From Balanoglossus misakiensis (Eukaryota; Animalia; Hemichordata), in assembly GCA_040954595.2 (NCBI GenBank), contig CM082583.2:1250925-1314924 (forward strand): a stretch of 64,000 nucleotides of DNA. The letters run 5' to 3'. Under the pieces are notes generated by a model that ran no database searches, was not told the origin of the DNA, and was given only the letters and a program-made list of their open reading frames with translations. Position 1 is the stretch's first letter; the number at the start of each line of letters is the position of its first letter. Shown one piece after another: positions 34,001 through 47,861 of the stretch. The translations under genes and the position numbers were made by a program.

Positions 34001-37000
34001 TATTTCCGAAAATGAAGAAAAGAGTTTATTTTTTATGATTTTTTAAAAATTTACCATTTTTGTCAAAATATGGCCAAAATGGCTATTTTGTCTTGAATTC
34101 CGTCAATATCTCTGCATTTTTGGAGTTGTCGAAAGTTTTAACATACAATCAACATGTCATATATGATCAGGGCACCAAATTCGAAGAACAAAGGTTTTTT
34201 TTATTTTTTTTTCTAAAAATGACATTTTCAAGGAAAATTTGGTAAAACGCAATTTTGTCTGCAGTGAGCCATATTAGACTGTCTTTTTTTTTGGAATTTG
34301 TATCGATATATACATACGAAGAGCATTCTATACTCCATCAGATTTCCGAAAATGAAGAAAACAGGTATTTTTTGTAATTTTCAAAAATTTTCCATTTTGA
34401 CCAAATTGTGGCTAAAATTGTTATTTTCCTGTTGAATGCCGCCAGTGTCACTGCTTTTAAAAGTCATAAAAACTTTTAACATACAAGCAATTGTTTATAT
34501 ATGATCAGGTCACCGAATTAAAAAAATAAAGAATGTTTTGCCTAAAAATGACATTTTTGGTGCAAAAACGAATAAAACGCAATTTTGTATTAAATCAGCT
34601 CATTCAGAGTGCATTTTTATAATCAGCACCATTTTTACATATAATGGAAATTTCATACATCATCAGATATCCAAATATGAAAAAATGAATTAGATTTAAG
34701 ATGATTGTCCAAAATTAGCTGATATCTGATAAATGTAGTATTAAACCGTTCTGTCCCCCCCCCCTACATTACATGCGGTACGCCGATGTCAGCTTACCCG
34801 GCAGTACTGCAGGCCGTGCCCCCAACTAACGTCGGTGTTTGAAACGCCCTGGTTAAATTCGAGCTTTCTCTATAAATTGACAGGCAATAATGCAGTCCTA
34901 CCCGAACAAATGTCGAGTGTTGACCCGCTGTGACTTTCCCTCTTCGGTTTGCCCGACTTAGCCAACGTCTTTGTACTAGAGTGTCGGGTCTTTTGCAGAG
35001 CCAGGCCGAAGGAAATCAGACTTGATCACCGTTGCTAACGAACGCTAGTGTCTGTTATGGTGTGCCGGGGTTTTAGTCGAGCCAGGCCGTAGGAGATCTG
35101 AATTGATCATCGTGGTCAATGTACGCGTGTTTCCGCTCTAAAGTGCCGGGGCTTCAGCTAAACCAGGCCGTAGGAAATCCGACGTAATCACCGTTGATAA
35201 CTTACGCCAGTCTGTGTCATATAGAGCCGGTGCACCAGCCGAGTCACGCCGTAGGAAATCTGACTTGATCAACGTGGTCAATGTACGCCTGTTTCTGCTC
35301 TAGAGTGCCGGGGCTTCAGCTGAGCCAGGCCGTAGGAAACCCGACGTGATTACCGTTGTTAACTTACGCCAGTCTGTGTCCTATATATAGTGCCGGGGCA
35401 TCAGCCGTGCCAGGCCGAACGAAATGTGAGTAGATAAACGTGGTCTCTGTACGCGTGTTTCTGCTCTATAGTGCCAGGGCTTTAGCCAAGCCATGCCGTA
35501 GGAAATCTGACTTGATCAACGTTGCTTACTAACGCTAGTGTCTGTCATAGTGTGCCGGGGTTTTAGTCGAGCCAAGCCGTAGGAGATCAGACTTGATCAA
35601 CGTGGTCTCTGTACGCGTTTTTCTGCTCTAGAGTGCCGGGGCTTTATCCAAGCCATGCCGTAGAAAATCTGACTTGATCACCGTTGCTAACGTACGCTAG
35701 TGTCTGTCATATTGTGACGGACATTTAGCGGAGCCAGGCCGTAGAAAAATCGACTTGTTCAACGTTACCAGTGTGCAACTGTTTCTGCTCTAGATTGTCA
35801 GGGTTTTAGCCGACTTATGCTGTTGGAAATCTGAGTTGATGAACGGGAATTCAATGTTAGAAAACCCGTGTGGAAAGTATCTCTACCCGTTTCAAACTAA
35901 GAAAAGAATTTATTCTTATTTATTTTGTAAAAAAGACAATTTTTCGAAAAAAAGTCGTAATTTTGTCTTGGGTGATTTAAATTATACCGCCTTTTCTGGA
36001 ATTTGCAGCACTTTTTACAAGAGAACGACACTTCATGCTCCATAATATTTCCGCAAAAATAAGAAAAGAGTTAATTTTTTATGATTTTTTAAAAATTTAC
36101 CATTTTTGTCAAAATATGGCCAAAATGGCTATTTTTTCTTGAATTCCGACAATATCTCTGCATTTTTGGAGTGGTCGAAAGTCTTAACATACAATCAACA
36201 TGCCATATATGATCAGGGCACAAATTCGAAGAACAAAGGTTTTTTTAATTTTTTTTTTCTAAAAATGACATTTTCAAGGAAAATTTGGTAAAACGCAATT
36301 TTGTCTGCAGTGAGCCAAATTAGACGGTCTTTTGTGGAATTTGTATCGATATATACATACGAAGAGCATTCTATACTCCATCAGATTTCCGAAAATGTAG
36401 AAAACAGGTATTTTTTGTAATTTTCAAAAATTTACAATTTTGACCAAATTGTGGCTAAAATTGTTATTTTCGTGTTGAATGCCACCAGTGTCATTGCTTT
36501 TAAAAGTCATAAAAACTTTTAACATACAAGCAATTGTTTATATATGATCAGGTCACCGAATTAATAAAATAAAGAATGTTTTGCCTAAAAATGACCTTTT
36601 TGGTGCAAAAACGAATAAAACGCAATTTTGTATTAAATCAGCTCATTCAGAGTGCATTTTTTATAATCAGCACCATGTTTACAAATAATGGAAATTTCAT
36701 ACATCATCAGATATCCAAATATGAAAAAATGATTTAGATTTTAGATGATTGTCCAAAATTAGCTGATATCTAATAAATGTAGTATTGAACTGTTCTGTCC
36801 CCCCCCCCCCCCTACATTATATGCGGTACGCCGATGTGAGCTTACCCGGCAGTACTGCAGGCCGTGCCCCCAACTAACGTCGGTGTTTGAAGCGCCCTGG
36901 TTAAATTCGGGCTTTCTCTATAAATTGACAGGCAATAATGCAGTCCTACCCGAACAAATGTCGAGTGTTGACCCGCTGTGACTTTCCCTCTTCGGTTTGC

Positions 37001-40000
37001 CCGACTTAGCCAACGTCTTTGTACTAGAGTGTCGGGTCTTTTGCAGAGCCAGGCCGAAGGAAATCCGACTTGATCACCGTTGCTAACGAACGCTAGTGTC
37101 TGTCATGGTGTGCCGGGGTTTTAGTCGAGCCAGGCCGTAGGAGATCTGACTTGATCATCGTGGTCAATGTACGCGTGTTTCCGCTCTAAAGTGCCGGGGC
37201 TTCAGCTAAACCAGGCCGTAGGAAATCCAACGTAATCACCATTGATAACTTACGCCAGTCTGTGTCATATAGAGCCGGTGCACCAGCCGAGTCACGCCGT
37301 AGGAAATCTGACTTGATCAACGTGGTCAATGTACGCCTGTTTCTGCTCTAGAGTGCCGGGGCTTCAGCTGAGCCAGGCCGTAGGAAACCCGACGTGATTA
37401 CCGTTGTTAACTTACGCCAGTCTGTGTCCTATATATAGTGCCGGGGCATCAGCCGTGCCAGGCCGAAGGAAATGTGAGTAGATCAACGTGGTCTCTGTAC
37501 GCGTGTTTCTGCTCTAGAGTGCCAGGGCCAAGCCATGCCGTAGGAAATCTGACTTAATCAACGTTGCTAACGAACGCTAGTGTCTGTCATAGTGTGCCGG
37601 GGTTTTAGTCGAGCCAAGCCGTAGGAGATCAGACTTGATCAACGTGGTCTCTGTACGCGTTTTTCTGCTCTAGAGTGCCGGGGCTTTATCCAAGCCATGC
37701 CGTAGAAAATCTGACTTGATCACCGATGCTAACGTACGCTAGTGTCTGTCATATTGTGACGGACATTTAGCGGAGCCAGGCCGTAGAAAAATCGACTTGT
37801 TCAACGTTACCAGTGTGCAACTGTTTCTGCTCTAGATTGTCAGGGTTTTAGCCGACTTATGCTGTTGGAAATCTGAGTTGATGAACGGGAATTCAATGTT
37901 AGAAAACCCGTGTGGAAAGTATCTCTACCCGTTTCAAACTAAGAAAAGAATTTATTCTTATTTATTTTGTAAAAAAGACAATTTTTCGAAAAAAAGTCGT
38001 AATTTTGTCTTGGGTGATTTAAATTATACCGCCTTTTCTGGAATTTGCAGCACTTTTTACAAGAGAACGACACTTCATGCTCCATAATATTTCCGAAAAA
38101 ATAAGAAAAGAGTTAATTTTTTATGATTTTTTAAAAAATTACCATTTTTGTCAAAATATGGCCAAAATGGCTATTTTTTCTTGAATTCCGACAATATCTC
38201 TGCATTTTTGGAGTGGTCGAAAGTCTTAACATACAATCAACATGCCATATATGATCAGGGCACCAAATTCGAAGAACAAAGGTTTTTTTATTTTTTTTTT
38301 CTAAAAATGACATTTTCAAGGAAAATTTGGTAAAACGCAATTTTGTCTGCAGTGAGCCAAATTAGACGGTCTTTTGTGGAATTTGTATCGATATATACAT
38401 ACGAAGAGCATTCTATACTCCATCAGATTTCCGAAAATGTAGAAAACAGGTATTTTTTGTAATTTTCAAAAATTTACAATTTTGACCAAATTGTGGCTAA
38501 AATTGTTATTTTCGTGTTGAATGCCGCCAGTGTCATTGCTTTTAAAAGTCATAAAAACTTTTAACATACAAGCAATTGTTTATATATGATCAGGTCACCG
38601 AATTAATAAAATAAAGAATGTTTTGCCTAAAAATGACCTTTTTGGTGCAAAAACGAATAAAACGCAATTTTGTATTAAATCAGCTCATTCAGAGTGCATT
38701 TTTTATAATCAGCACCATGTTTACAAATAATGGAAATTTCATACATCATCAGATATCCAAATATGAAAAAATGATTTAGATTTTAGATGATTGTCCAAAA
38801 TTAGCTGATATCTAATAAATGTAGTATTGAACTGTTCTGTTCCCCCCCCCCCCCTACATTATATGCGGTACGCCGATGTGAGCTTACCCGGCAGTACTGC
38901 AGGCCGTGCCCCCAACTAACGTCGGTGTTTGAAGCGCCCTGGTTAAATTCGGGCTTTCTCTATAAATTGACAGGCAATAATGCAGTCCTACCCGAACAAA
39001 TGTCGAGTGTTGACCCGCTGTGACTTTCCCTCTTCGGTTTGCCCGACTTAGCCAACGTCTTTGTACTAGAGTGTCGGGTCTTTTGCAGAGCCAGGCCGAA
39101 GGAAATCCGACTTGATCACCGTTGCTAACGAACGCTAGTGTCTGTCATATTGTGACGGACATTTAGCGGAGCCAGGCCGTAGAAAAATCGACTTGTTCAA
39201 CGTTACCAGTGTGCAACTGTTTCTGCTCTAGATTGTCAGGGTTTTAGCCGACTTATGCTGTTGGAAATCTGAGTTGATGAACGGGAATTCAATGTTAGAA
39301 AACCCGTGTGGAAAGTATCTCTACCCGTTTCAAACTAAGAAAAGAATTTATTCTTATTTATTTTGTAAAAAAGACAATTTTTCGAAAAAAAGTCGTAATT
39401 TTGTCTTGGGTGATTTAAATTATACCGCCTTTTCTGGAATTTGCAGCACTTTTTACAAGAGAACGACACTTCATGCTCCATAATATTTCCGAAAAAATAA
39501 GAAAAGAGTTAATTTTTTATGATTTTTTAAAAAATTACCATTTTTGTCAAAATATGGCCAAAATGGCTATTTTTTCTTGAATTCCGACAATATCTCTGCA
39601 TTTTTGGAGTGGTCGAAAGTCTTAACATACAATCAACATGCCATATATGATCAGGGCACCAAATTCGAAGAACAAAGGTTTTTTTATTTTTTTTTTTCTA
39701 AAAATGACATTTTCAAGGAAAATTTGGTAAAACGCAATTTTGTCTGCAGTGAGCCAAATTAGACGGTCTTTTGTGGAATTTGTATCGATATATACATACG
39801 AAGAGCATTCTATACTCCATCAGATTTCCGAAAATGTAGAAAACAGGTATTTTTTGTAATTTTCAAAAATTTACAATTTTGACCAAATTGTGGCTAAAAT
39901 TGTTATTTTCGTGTTGAATGCCGCCAGTGTCATTGCTTTTAAAAGTCATAAAAACTTTTAACATACAAGCAATTGTTTATATATGATCAGGTCACCGAAT

Positions 40001-41932
40001 TAATAAAATAAAGAATGTTTTGCCTAAAAATGACCTTTTTGGTGCAAAAACGAATAAAACGCAATTTTGTATTAAATCAGCTCATTCAGAGTGCATTTTT
40101 TATAATCAGCACCATGTTTACAAATAATGGAAATTTCATACATCATCAGATATCCAAATATGAAAAAATGATTTAGATTTTAGATGATTGTCCAAAATTA
40201 GCTGATATCTAATAAATGTAGTATTGAACTGTTCTGTTCCCCCCCCCCCCCCCTACATTATATGCGGTACGCCGATGTGAGCTTACCCGGCAGTACTGCA
40301 GGCCGTGCCCCCAACTAACGTCGGTGTTTGAAGCGCCCTGGTTAAATTCGGGCTTTCTCTATAAATTGACAGGCAATAATGCAGTCCTACCCGAACAAAT
40401 GTCGAGTGTTGACCCGCTGTGACTTTCCCTCTTCGGTTTGCCCGACTTAGCCAACGTCTTTGTACTAGAGTGTCGGGTCTTTTGCAGAGCCAGGCCGAAG
40501 GAAATCCGACTTGATCACCGTTGCTAACGAACGCTAGTGACTGTCATGGTGTGCCGGGGTTTTAGTCGAGCCAGGCCGTAGGAGATCTGACTTGATCATC
40601 GTGGTCAATGTACGCGTGTTTCCGCTCTAAAGTGCCGGGGCTTCAGCTAAACCAGGCCGTAGGAAATCCAACGTAATCACCATTGATAACTTACGCCAGT
40701 CTGTGTCATATAGAGCCGGTGCACCAGCCGAGTCACGCCGTAGGAAATCTGACTTGATCAACGTGGTCAATGTACGCCTGTTTCTGCTCTAGAGTGCCGG
40801 GGCTTCAGCTGAGCCAGGCCGTAGGAAACCCGACGTGATTACCGTTGTTAACTTACGCCAGTCTGTGTCCTATATATAGTGCCGGGGCATCAGCCGTGCC
40901 AGGCCGAAGGAAATGTGAGTAGATCAACGTGGTCTCTGTACGCGTGTTTCTGCTCTAGAGTGCCAGGGCCAAGCCATGCCGTAGGAAATCTGACTTAATC
41001 AACGTTGCTAACGAACGCTAGTGTCTGTCATAGTGTGCCGGGGTTTCAGTCGAGCCAAGCCGTAGGAGATCAGACTTGATCAACGTGGTCTCTGTACGCG
41101 TTTTTCTGCTCTAGAGTGCCGGGGCTTTATCCAAGCCATGCCGTAGAAAATCTGACTTGATCACCGTTGCTAACGTACGCTAGTGTCTGTCATATTGTGA
41201 CGGACATTTAGCGGAGCCAGGCCGTAGAAAAATCGACTTGTTCAACGTTACCAGTGTGCAACTGTTTCTGCTCTAGAGTGTCAGGGTTTTAGCCGACTTA
41301 TGCTGTAGGAAATCTGAGTTGATGAACGGGAATTCAATGTTAGAAAACCCGTGTGGAAAGTATCTCTACCCGTTTCAAACTAAGAAAAGAATTTATTCTT
41401 ATTTATTTTGTAAAAAAGACAATTTTTCGAAAAAAAGTCGTAATTTTGTCTTGGGTGATTTAAATTATACCGCCTTTTCTGGAATTTGCAGCACTTTTTA
41501 CAAGAGAACGACACTTCATGCTCCATAATATTTCCGAAAAAATAAGAAAAGAGTTAATTTTTTATGATTTTTTAAAAATTTACCATTTTTGTCAAAATAT
41601 GGCCAAAATGGCTATTTTTTCTTGAATTCCGACAATATCTCTGCATTTTTGGAGTGGTCGAAAGTCTTAACATACAATCAACATGCCATATATGATCAGG
41701 GCACCAAATTCGAAGAACAAAGGTTTTTTTTATTTTTTTTTCTAAAAATGACATTTTCAAGGAAAATTTGGTAAAACGCAATTTTGTCTGCAGTGAGCCA
41801 AATTAGACGGTCTTTTGTGGAATTTGTATCGATATATACATACGAAGAGCATTCTATACTCCATCAGATTTCCGAAAATGTAGAAAACAGGTATTTTTTG
41901 TAATTTTCAAAAATTTACAATTTTGACCAAAT
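31095..41932 (+). repeat. Composite ~2.05 kb satellite, block 2
   Basis: Landmarks at ~32680, 34734, 36779, 38820, 40216 (spacings ~2054, 2045, 2041, 1396). Confidence 0.97.
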
Positions 41933-43366
41933 TGTGGGGAAGTATCGTGGCAGTGATCAATACTCCCGGGAGGGGGTTCGAGTATACTGACGTCGGAAAA
42001 GAAGCGAACGATTCAGTGCTAGGTAAAACACTGGTTTATTACCATCTGAATCCAACAACAAAGTAACACCACAGAGCTCCTTAGAAAATGCTGCCCGAAA
42101 GCGCCAAAACTGGGTTATATATAAGTCCCACGAACGCCGGAGCAAACACTCAAAAATTACAATAAATCTGCTACAAGTATAAAGTTTGGCGGGAAACAAA
42201 GTCAACTCTGATAGGGTAAGAGTTTCCGTCACGTGATCTCTCTGGAGTAAATCTCTCACTTCTCCATATTCTCCCCCGCGCAAAGGAAAGTCTCGAAAAT
42301 CGTCAGAAAAAAAAACATCAAATAACATGAAATATGATTAAAGTCACCTAAAGTGTTCAAGGATAATAAACTAATGTTCATTGTGTCAGTAAACATGATA
42401 ACAGTCACAATGCGATCGAAATTGTTTTCCAATTTCAAAGTCAAATAGAGAGATCCGCTATTCGTACTCGAGCGGCAACTGCAGAGTCTTGACAGGTCGT
42501 CTCGGGGGTACAACATCCGCCTTCACCGAGGAATCTTCAGAGGCTCCAGCTGTGTCGACTGTTTCAGTATTCGTGTTGGAATCTGCACCAATACCTGTAT
42601 TATCTCCAGACACAGTTGACAGCTCCTTGGAGACAACTTCCAATGGGTACAATTTATGGATAGGTCGGTTTGTAGGACCACCTGCGGTGTTCAACTCCGC
42701 AGATCGTACCAGTTTATCATTACCGAAGATCAACCTTGTTACAGTTCCTAAATGCCATTTCGGACGTTTGTCAGTGTCACTGTGTATTATCACGACATCT
42801 CCGACCTTGATGACATTATCACGAGTTCCTTTGGTGGGATGTCGTTCACGTAGGGCAGTCAGATAATCGGACGACCATCTTCGCCAAAATTGATCGTGTA
42901 ATCTTGATAGATGTTCATATCTTTTGTTGATTTCACGATTATCACAGTAAGATGGGTCAATCACCTCTTCGTCGGTGATCTCGATGTACGGCAATGATGT
43001 CAGTGTCCTGCCATGTAGCAAGTGATTTGGGGTCAATCCAATGTTGTCGTTTATACTGGATGACACGTACGTTAACGGCCTGTCGTTTAAAACGGCTTCA
43101 ATTTCAGTCACAACTGTTGCGAGTTCATCAAAGGTTAGGTAAGCTCGACCGAGAGTTTTCCTAATAGCGTTCTTTGTCAAAGCAATCAGCCTCTCCCAGA
43201 AGCCACCAAACCAGGGCGCGCGCTTCGGTATAAACGTCCATTGTACACGATGTGCGGCGAGAAAGTCATTTACTTCTGGCGTATCAAACAGTGTTTTGAT
43301 TTCATTGGCAGCCGATAAATAAGTCGATGCGTTGTCTGACAGCATCCTACTCGGCAAAGAACGTCT
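41933..43366 (-). mobile_element. Truncated BEL/Pao LTR retrotransposon: integrase C-half, PPT and 3' LTR (41933-42268)
   Basis: Minus strand: integrase ORF, PPT gggggagaa, LTR tatggagaag...cttccccaca. Confidence 0.88.
42458..43357 (-). CDS. BEL/Pao integrase core (partial) + C-terminal domain
   Basis: SDNA, APWFGGFWERLI, EIEAVLNDRPLT, LTPNHLL, FWRRWSSDYL, RPIHKLYPLE. Confidence 0.92.
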   Translation of the reverse strand: MPSRMLSDNASTYLSAANEIKTLFDTPEVNDFLAAHRVQWTFIPKRAPWFGGFWERLIALTKNAIRKTLGRAYLTFDELATVVTEIEAVLNDRPLTYVSSSINDNIGLTPNHLLHGRTLTSLPYIEITDEEVIDPSYCDNREINKRYEHLSRLHDQFWRRWSSDYLTALRERHPTKGTRDNVIKVGDVVIIHSDTDKRPKWHLGTVTRLIFGNDKLVRSAELNTAGGPTNRPIHKLYPLEVVSKELSTVSGDNTGIGADSNTNTETVDTAGASEDSSVKADVVPPRRPVKTLQLPLEYE

Positions 43367-45888
43367 CGCTCTAAAGTGCCGGGGCTTCAGCTAAACCAGG
43401 CCGTAGGAAATCCGACGTAATCACCGTTGATAACTTACGCCAGTCTGTGTCATATAGAGCCGGTGCACCAGCCGAGTCACGCCGTAGGAAATCTGACTTG
43501 ATCAACGTGGTCAATGTACGCCTGTTTCTGCTCTAGAGTGCCGGGGCTTCAGCTGAGCCAGGCCGTAGGAAACCCGACGTGATTACCGTTGTTAACTTAC
43601 GCCAGTCTGTGTCCTATATATAGTGCCGGGGCATCAGCCGTGCCAGGCCGAAGGAAATGTGAGTAGATCAACGTGGTCTCTGTACGCGTGTTTCTGCTCT
43701 AGAGTGCCAGGGCTTTAGCCAAGCCATGCCGTAGGAAATCTGACTTGATCAACGTTGCTAACGAACGCTAGTGTCTGTCATAGTGTGCCGGGGTTTTAGT
43801 CGAGCCAAGCCGTAGGAGATCAGACTTGATCAACGTGATCTCTGTACGCGTGTTTCTGCTCTAGAGTGCCGGGGTTTTAGCCGACTTATGCTGTAGGAAA
43901 TCTGAGTTGATGAACGGGAATTCAATGTAAGAAAACCCGTGTAGAAAGTATCTCTACCCGTTTGAAACTAAGAAAAGAATTTATTCTTATTTATTTTGTA
44001 AAAAAGACAATTTTTCGAAAAAAAGTCGAAAATGGTAATTTTGTCTTGGGTGATTCAATTTATACCGCGTTTTCTCGAATTTGCAGCACTTTTCAAAAGA
44101 GAACGACACTTCATTATCCATAATATTTCCGAAAATGAAGAAAAGAGTTAATTTTTTATGATTTTTTAAAAATTTACCATTTTTGTCAAAATATGGCCAA
44201 AATGGCTATTTTTTCTTGAATTCCGTCAATATCTCTGCATTTTTGGAGTGGTCGAAAGTTTTAACATATAATCAACATGTCATATATGATCAGGGCACCA
44301 AATTCGAAAAACAAAGGTTTTTTTATTTTTTTTTCTAAAAATGACATTTTCAAGGAAAATTTGGTAAAACGCAATTTTGTCTGCAGTGAGCCAAATTGGC
44401 CGTTTTTTTGTGGAATTTGTATCGATATATATATACGAAGAGCATTCTATACTCCATCAGATTTCCAAAAATGTAGAAAACAGGTATTTTTGTAATTTTC
44501 AAAAATTTACCATTTAGACCAAATTGTGGCTAAAATTGTTATTTTCGTGTTGAATGCCGCCAGTGTCACTGCTTTTAAAAGTCATAAAAACTTTTAACAT
44601 ACAAGCAATTGTTTATATATGACCAGGTCACCGAATTAAAAAAATAAAGAATGTTTTGCCTAAAAATGACCTTTTTGGTGCAAAAACGAATAAAACGCAA
44701 TTTTGTATTAAATCAGCTCATTCAGAGTGCATTTTTTATAATCAGCACCATTTTTACATATAATGGAAATTTCATACATCATCAGATATCCAAATATGAA
44801 AAAATGATTTAGATTTTAGATGATTGTCCAAAATTAGCTGATATATAATAAATGTAGTATTGAACCGTTCTGTCCCCCCCCTACATTATATGCGGTACGC
44901 CGATGTCAGCTTACCCGGCAGTACTGCAGGCCGTGCCCCCAACTAACGTCGGTGTTTGAAACGCCCTGGTTAAATTCGGGCTCTCTCTATAAATTGACAG
45001 GCAATAATGCAGTCCTACCCGAACAAATGTCGAGTGTTGACCCGCTGTGACTTTCCCTCTTCGGTTTGCCCGACTTAGCCAACGTCTTTGTACTAGAGTG
45101 TCGGGTCTTTTGCAGAGCCAGGCCGAAGGAAATCCGACTTGATCACCGTTGCTAACGAACGCTAGTGTCTGTCATGGTGTGCCGGGGTTTTAGTCGAGCC
45201 AGGCCGTAGGAGATCTGACTTGATCATCGTGGTCAATGTACGCGTGTTTCCGCTCTAAAGTGCCGGGGCTTCAGCTAAACCAGGCCGTAGGAAATCCGAC
45301 GTAATCACCGTTGATAACTTACGCCAGTCTGTGTCATATAGAGCCGGTGCACCAGCCGAGTCACGCCGTAGGAAATCTGACTTGATCAACGTGGTCAATG
45401 TACGCCTGTTTCTGCTCTAGAGTGCCGGGGCTTCAGCTGAGCCAGGCCGTAGGAAACCCGACGTGATTACCGTTGTTAACTTACGCCAGTCTGTGTCCTA
45501 TATATAGTGCCGGGGCATCAGCCGTGCCAGGCCGAAGGAAATGTGAGTAGATCAACGTGGTCTCTGTACGCGTGTTTCTGCTCTACAGTGCCAGGGCTTT
45601 AGCCAAGCCATGCCGTAGGAAATCTGACTTGATCAACGTTGCTAACGAACGCTAGTGTCTGTCATAGTGTGCTGGGGTTTCAGTCGAGCCAAGCCGTAGG
45701 AGATCAGACTTGATCAACCTGGTCTCTGTACGCGTGTTTCTGCTCTAGAGTGCCGGGGCTTTATCCAAGCCATGCCGTAGAAAATCTGACTTGATCACCG
45801 TTGCTAACGTACGCTAGTGTCTGTCATATTGTGACGGAGATTTAGCCGAGCCAGGCCCTAGAAAAATCGACTTGTTCAACGTTACCAG
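43367..45888 (+). repeat. Composite satellite, block 3
   Basis: Same monomers and AT block; landmark at ~44853. Confidence 0.97.
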
Positions 45889-46275
45889 TGTAGTAACCTC
45901 GATGTGCCGTCTCAAATGGCGCCCTAATTCACATCAAAGGCCACAGGGTTCTATAGTATTTGCCGTTAACTAACTGGAGCTCACCATCGCCGACGAACAT
46001 TCCTTGTCAGATGTCACAGAAAACGCTGCTCGGAACTTTACACGAACATTTAATGACTGAACATACAACACTGGCACTGGATGATGCGTCGCGGTGGTTG
46101 AAGTTTCCGTAGAAAACTGGCAAAAATCCCCAGGCTAACTGTGCAAAAGTCCTCACATGTGCGCCATGGAATTTTCCAGATATTTTCTAAACAAAAGCGC
46201 ATGCGCTAATGTACTCACAGCGCGAGGGCGCTAGACTAAATATTTCAGTTTCTCTAAGAACTGGGCGTCCTTACA
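45889..46275 (-). mobile_element. BEL/Pao family-2 3' LTR, inverted copy (387 bp), with PPT and 3' UTR to 46543
   Basis: Reverse complement of 48230-48616; flank accag = reverse complement of ctggt. Confidence 0.92.
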
Positions 46276-46543
46276 CCAGCCCCCAAATTGTTCATGAAAA
46301 AACATTAACAATTTCCATCCTAGCAAATTCAAAACGCCAACATCCATATGTGCCGAAATTACATATCAAATAGAAATTACAAAACAATATCTATAACTAT
46401 CTCGAAACGCGAAGTCGAAAGTTTTTCAGGAAACGCGAATACAAGAATCCTTTTCTTCATGAATGTGATGATACATCCTTGACCATGCCCAGACCTCGTC
46501 CGGTCAATCATGCTGCCAAGCATGATATCCAACACATCTGTAC

Positions 46544-47861
46544 CAGCGCTTCTGCCACCCAAGATGCTTTTGCAGCAGCTGTGTAAAGCAAAACTAGGCT
46601 GGGATGATGATATTCCTGGAAAACAACGCAAAGTGTGGGAGAATTGGTTGAGGGATCTACCGAAATTAGAAGAGTGTTTCGCAGTACCCAGATGTATAAA
46701 GCCCGAGCACTTTGGTGAAGTAGACACAGCTCAGCTACATCACTTTGCTGATGCCAGCGAAAATGGATATGGCGCTGTATCATATCTTAGGTTGATCGAC
46801 AAAAGCGGAAACATCCACAGCACTTTGATGATGGCCAAAGCAAGAGTGGCTCCATTGAAGCAAATATCGATCCCACGAATGGAATTAACTGCAGCTACTG
46901 TAGCAGTGAGGCTTGACAAACTTCTCAGAAAGGAGATGGATTTGCCAATCAATGAATCCGTGTTTTGGACGGATAGCAAAACCGTGCTGCGGTACATAAA
47001 CAACGAAACCACAAGATTTCATACCTTCGTGGCGAATAGACTAGCAGTGATTCGAGGAGGATCAGACCCAGCGAACTGGCGCTACATTAATACCAGTGAC
47101 AACCCGGCAGATGAGTGCTCTAGAGGTCAGAAAATAGATGCTTTTCTGAAGAACGAAAGATGGATAGGTGGTCCTGATTTCTTGCGGAAGACACAAGACA
47201 AATGGCCAAGTGATAGCTACAATACACAGCTAGATCCAGAAGATCCAGAGGTGAAGAAATCTGCACTAGTGCATAGAATAGCCTTGAGGTCGGAAGAAGA
47301 AACTGTACCCGTTGTGTTGGGAACAGTACCTGTTGTTTCGGGAGAACGACAGACGCCTGACAAAGGGGCGGATCGATCCATGTCCGTTAATGCGGAGGAG
47401 ACGGTTCAGAAAATGATAGACCACTACTCCAGTTGGTATAAACTGAAGAAAGCAGTGGCCTGGATACGTAAAGTGGGTGACACATTGTTGAGATGTGCCA
47501 AGAACAAAAGTCGTCGTACAGATGGACCGCATGAGATTACAGTATCGTCGGACGACGTTAGAGACTTAAAAGCATTGACACCCAGTATGTTGCTTACTAT
47601 GAAGGGAGCAGCAACACCCCCTGGTGTGACGGAGAAGAACGACTTGTATGCTGTACACAGATGGAAGCAAGTGCAGTATCTGTCAGATTTGTATTGGAAA
47701 AGGATGAGAACACCTCCAGAAATGCGTGGCCTTTGGGTGTAATCGTCAAAGTTATGCCTGATCGGAAAGGGGTGGTGAGACGAGTATTGGTGAAGACCAG
47801 ATCCAGTGTTTTAGAAAGACCATATGATAAGTTGTGCACATTGCTGGAAGCACAGACTTAG
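46544..47861 (+). pseudogene. Internally deleted BEL/Pao pol fragment (RNase H region joined to integrase C-terminus)
   Basis: LGWDD, QLHHFADASENGYG, AKARVAPLK, SIPRMEL, FWTDS, FVANR, NPADECSRG; jumps to DLKALTPSMLL, then frameshifted WPLG...DRKGVVRRV...RPYDKL; integrase zinc finger and DDE core missing. Confidence 0.9.

Noticed and set aside
46510-46543. ATG-initiated 410-aa ORF as a novel gene
   Set aside because: The start codon comes from antisense 3' UTR at the inversion junction fused to a pol fragment
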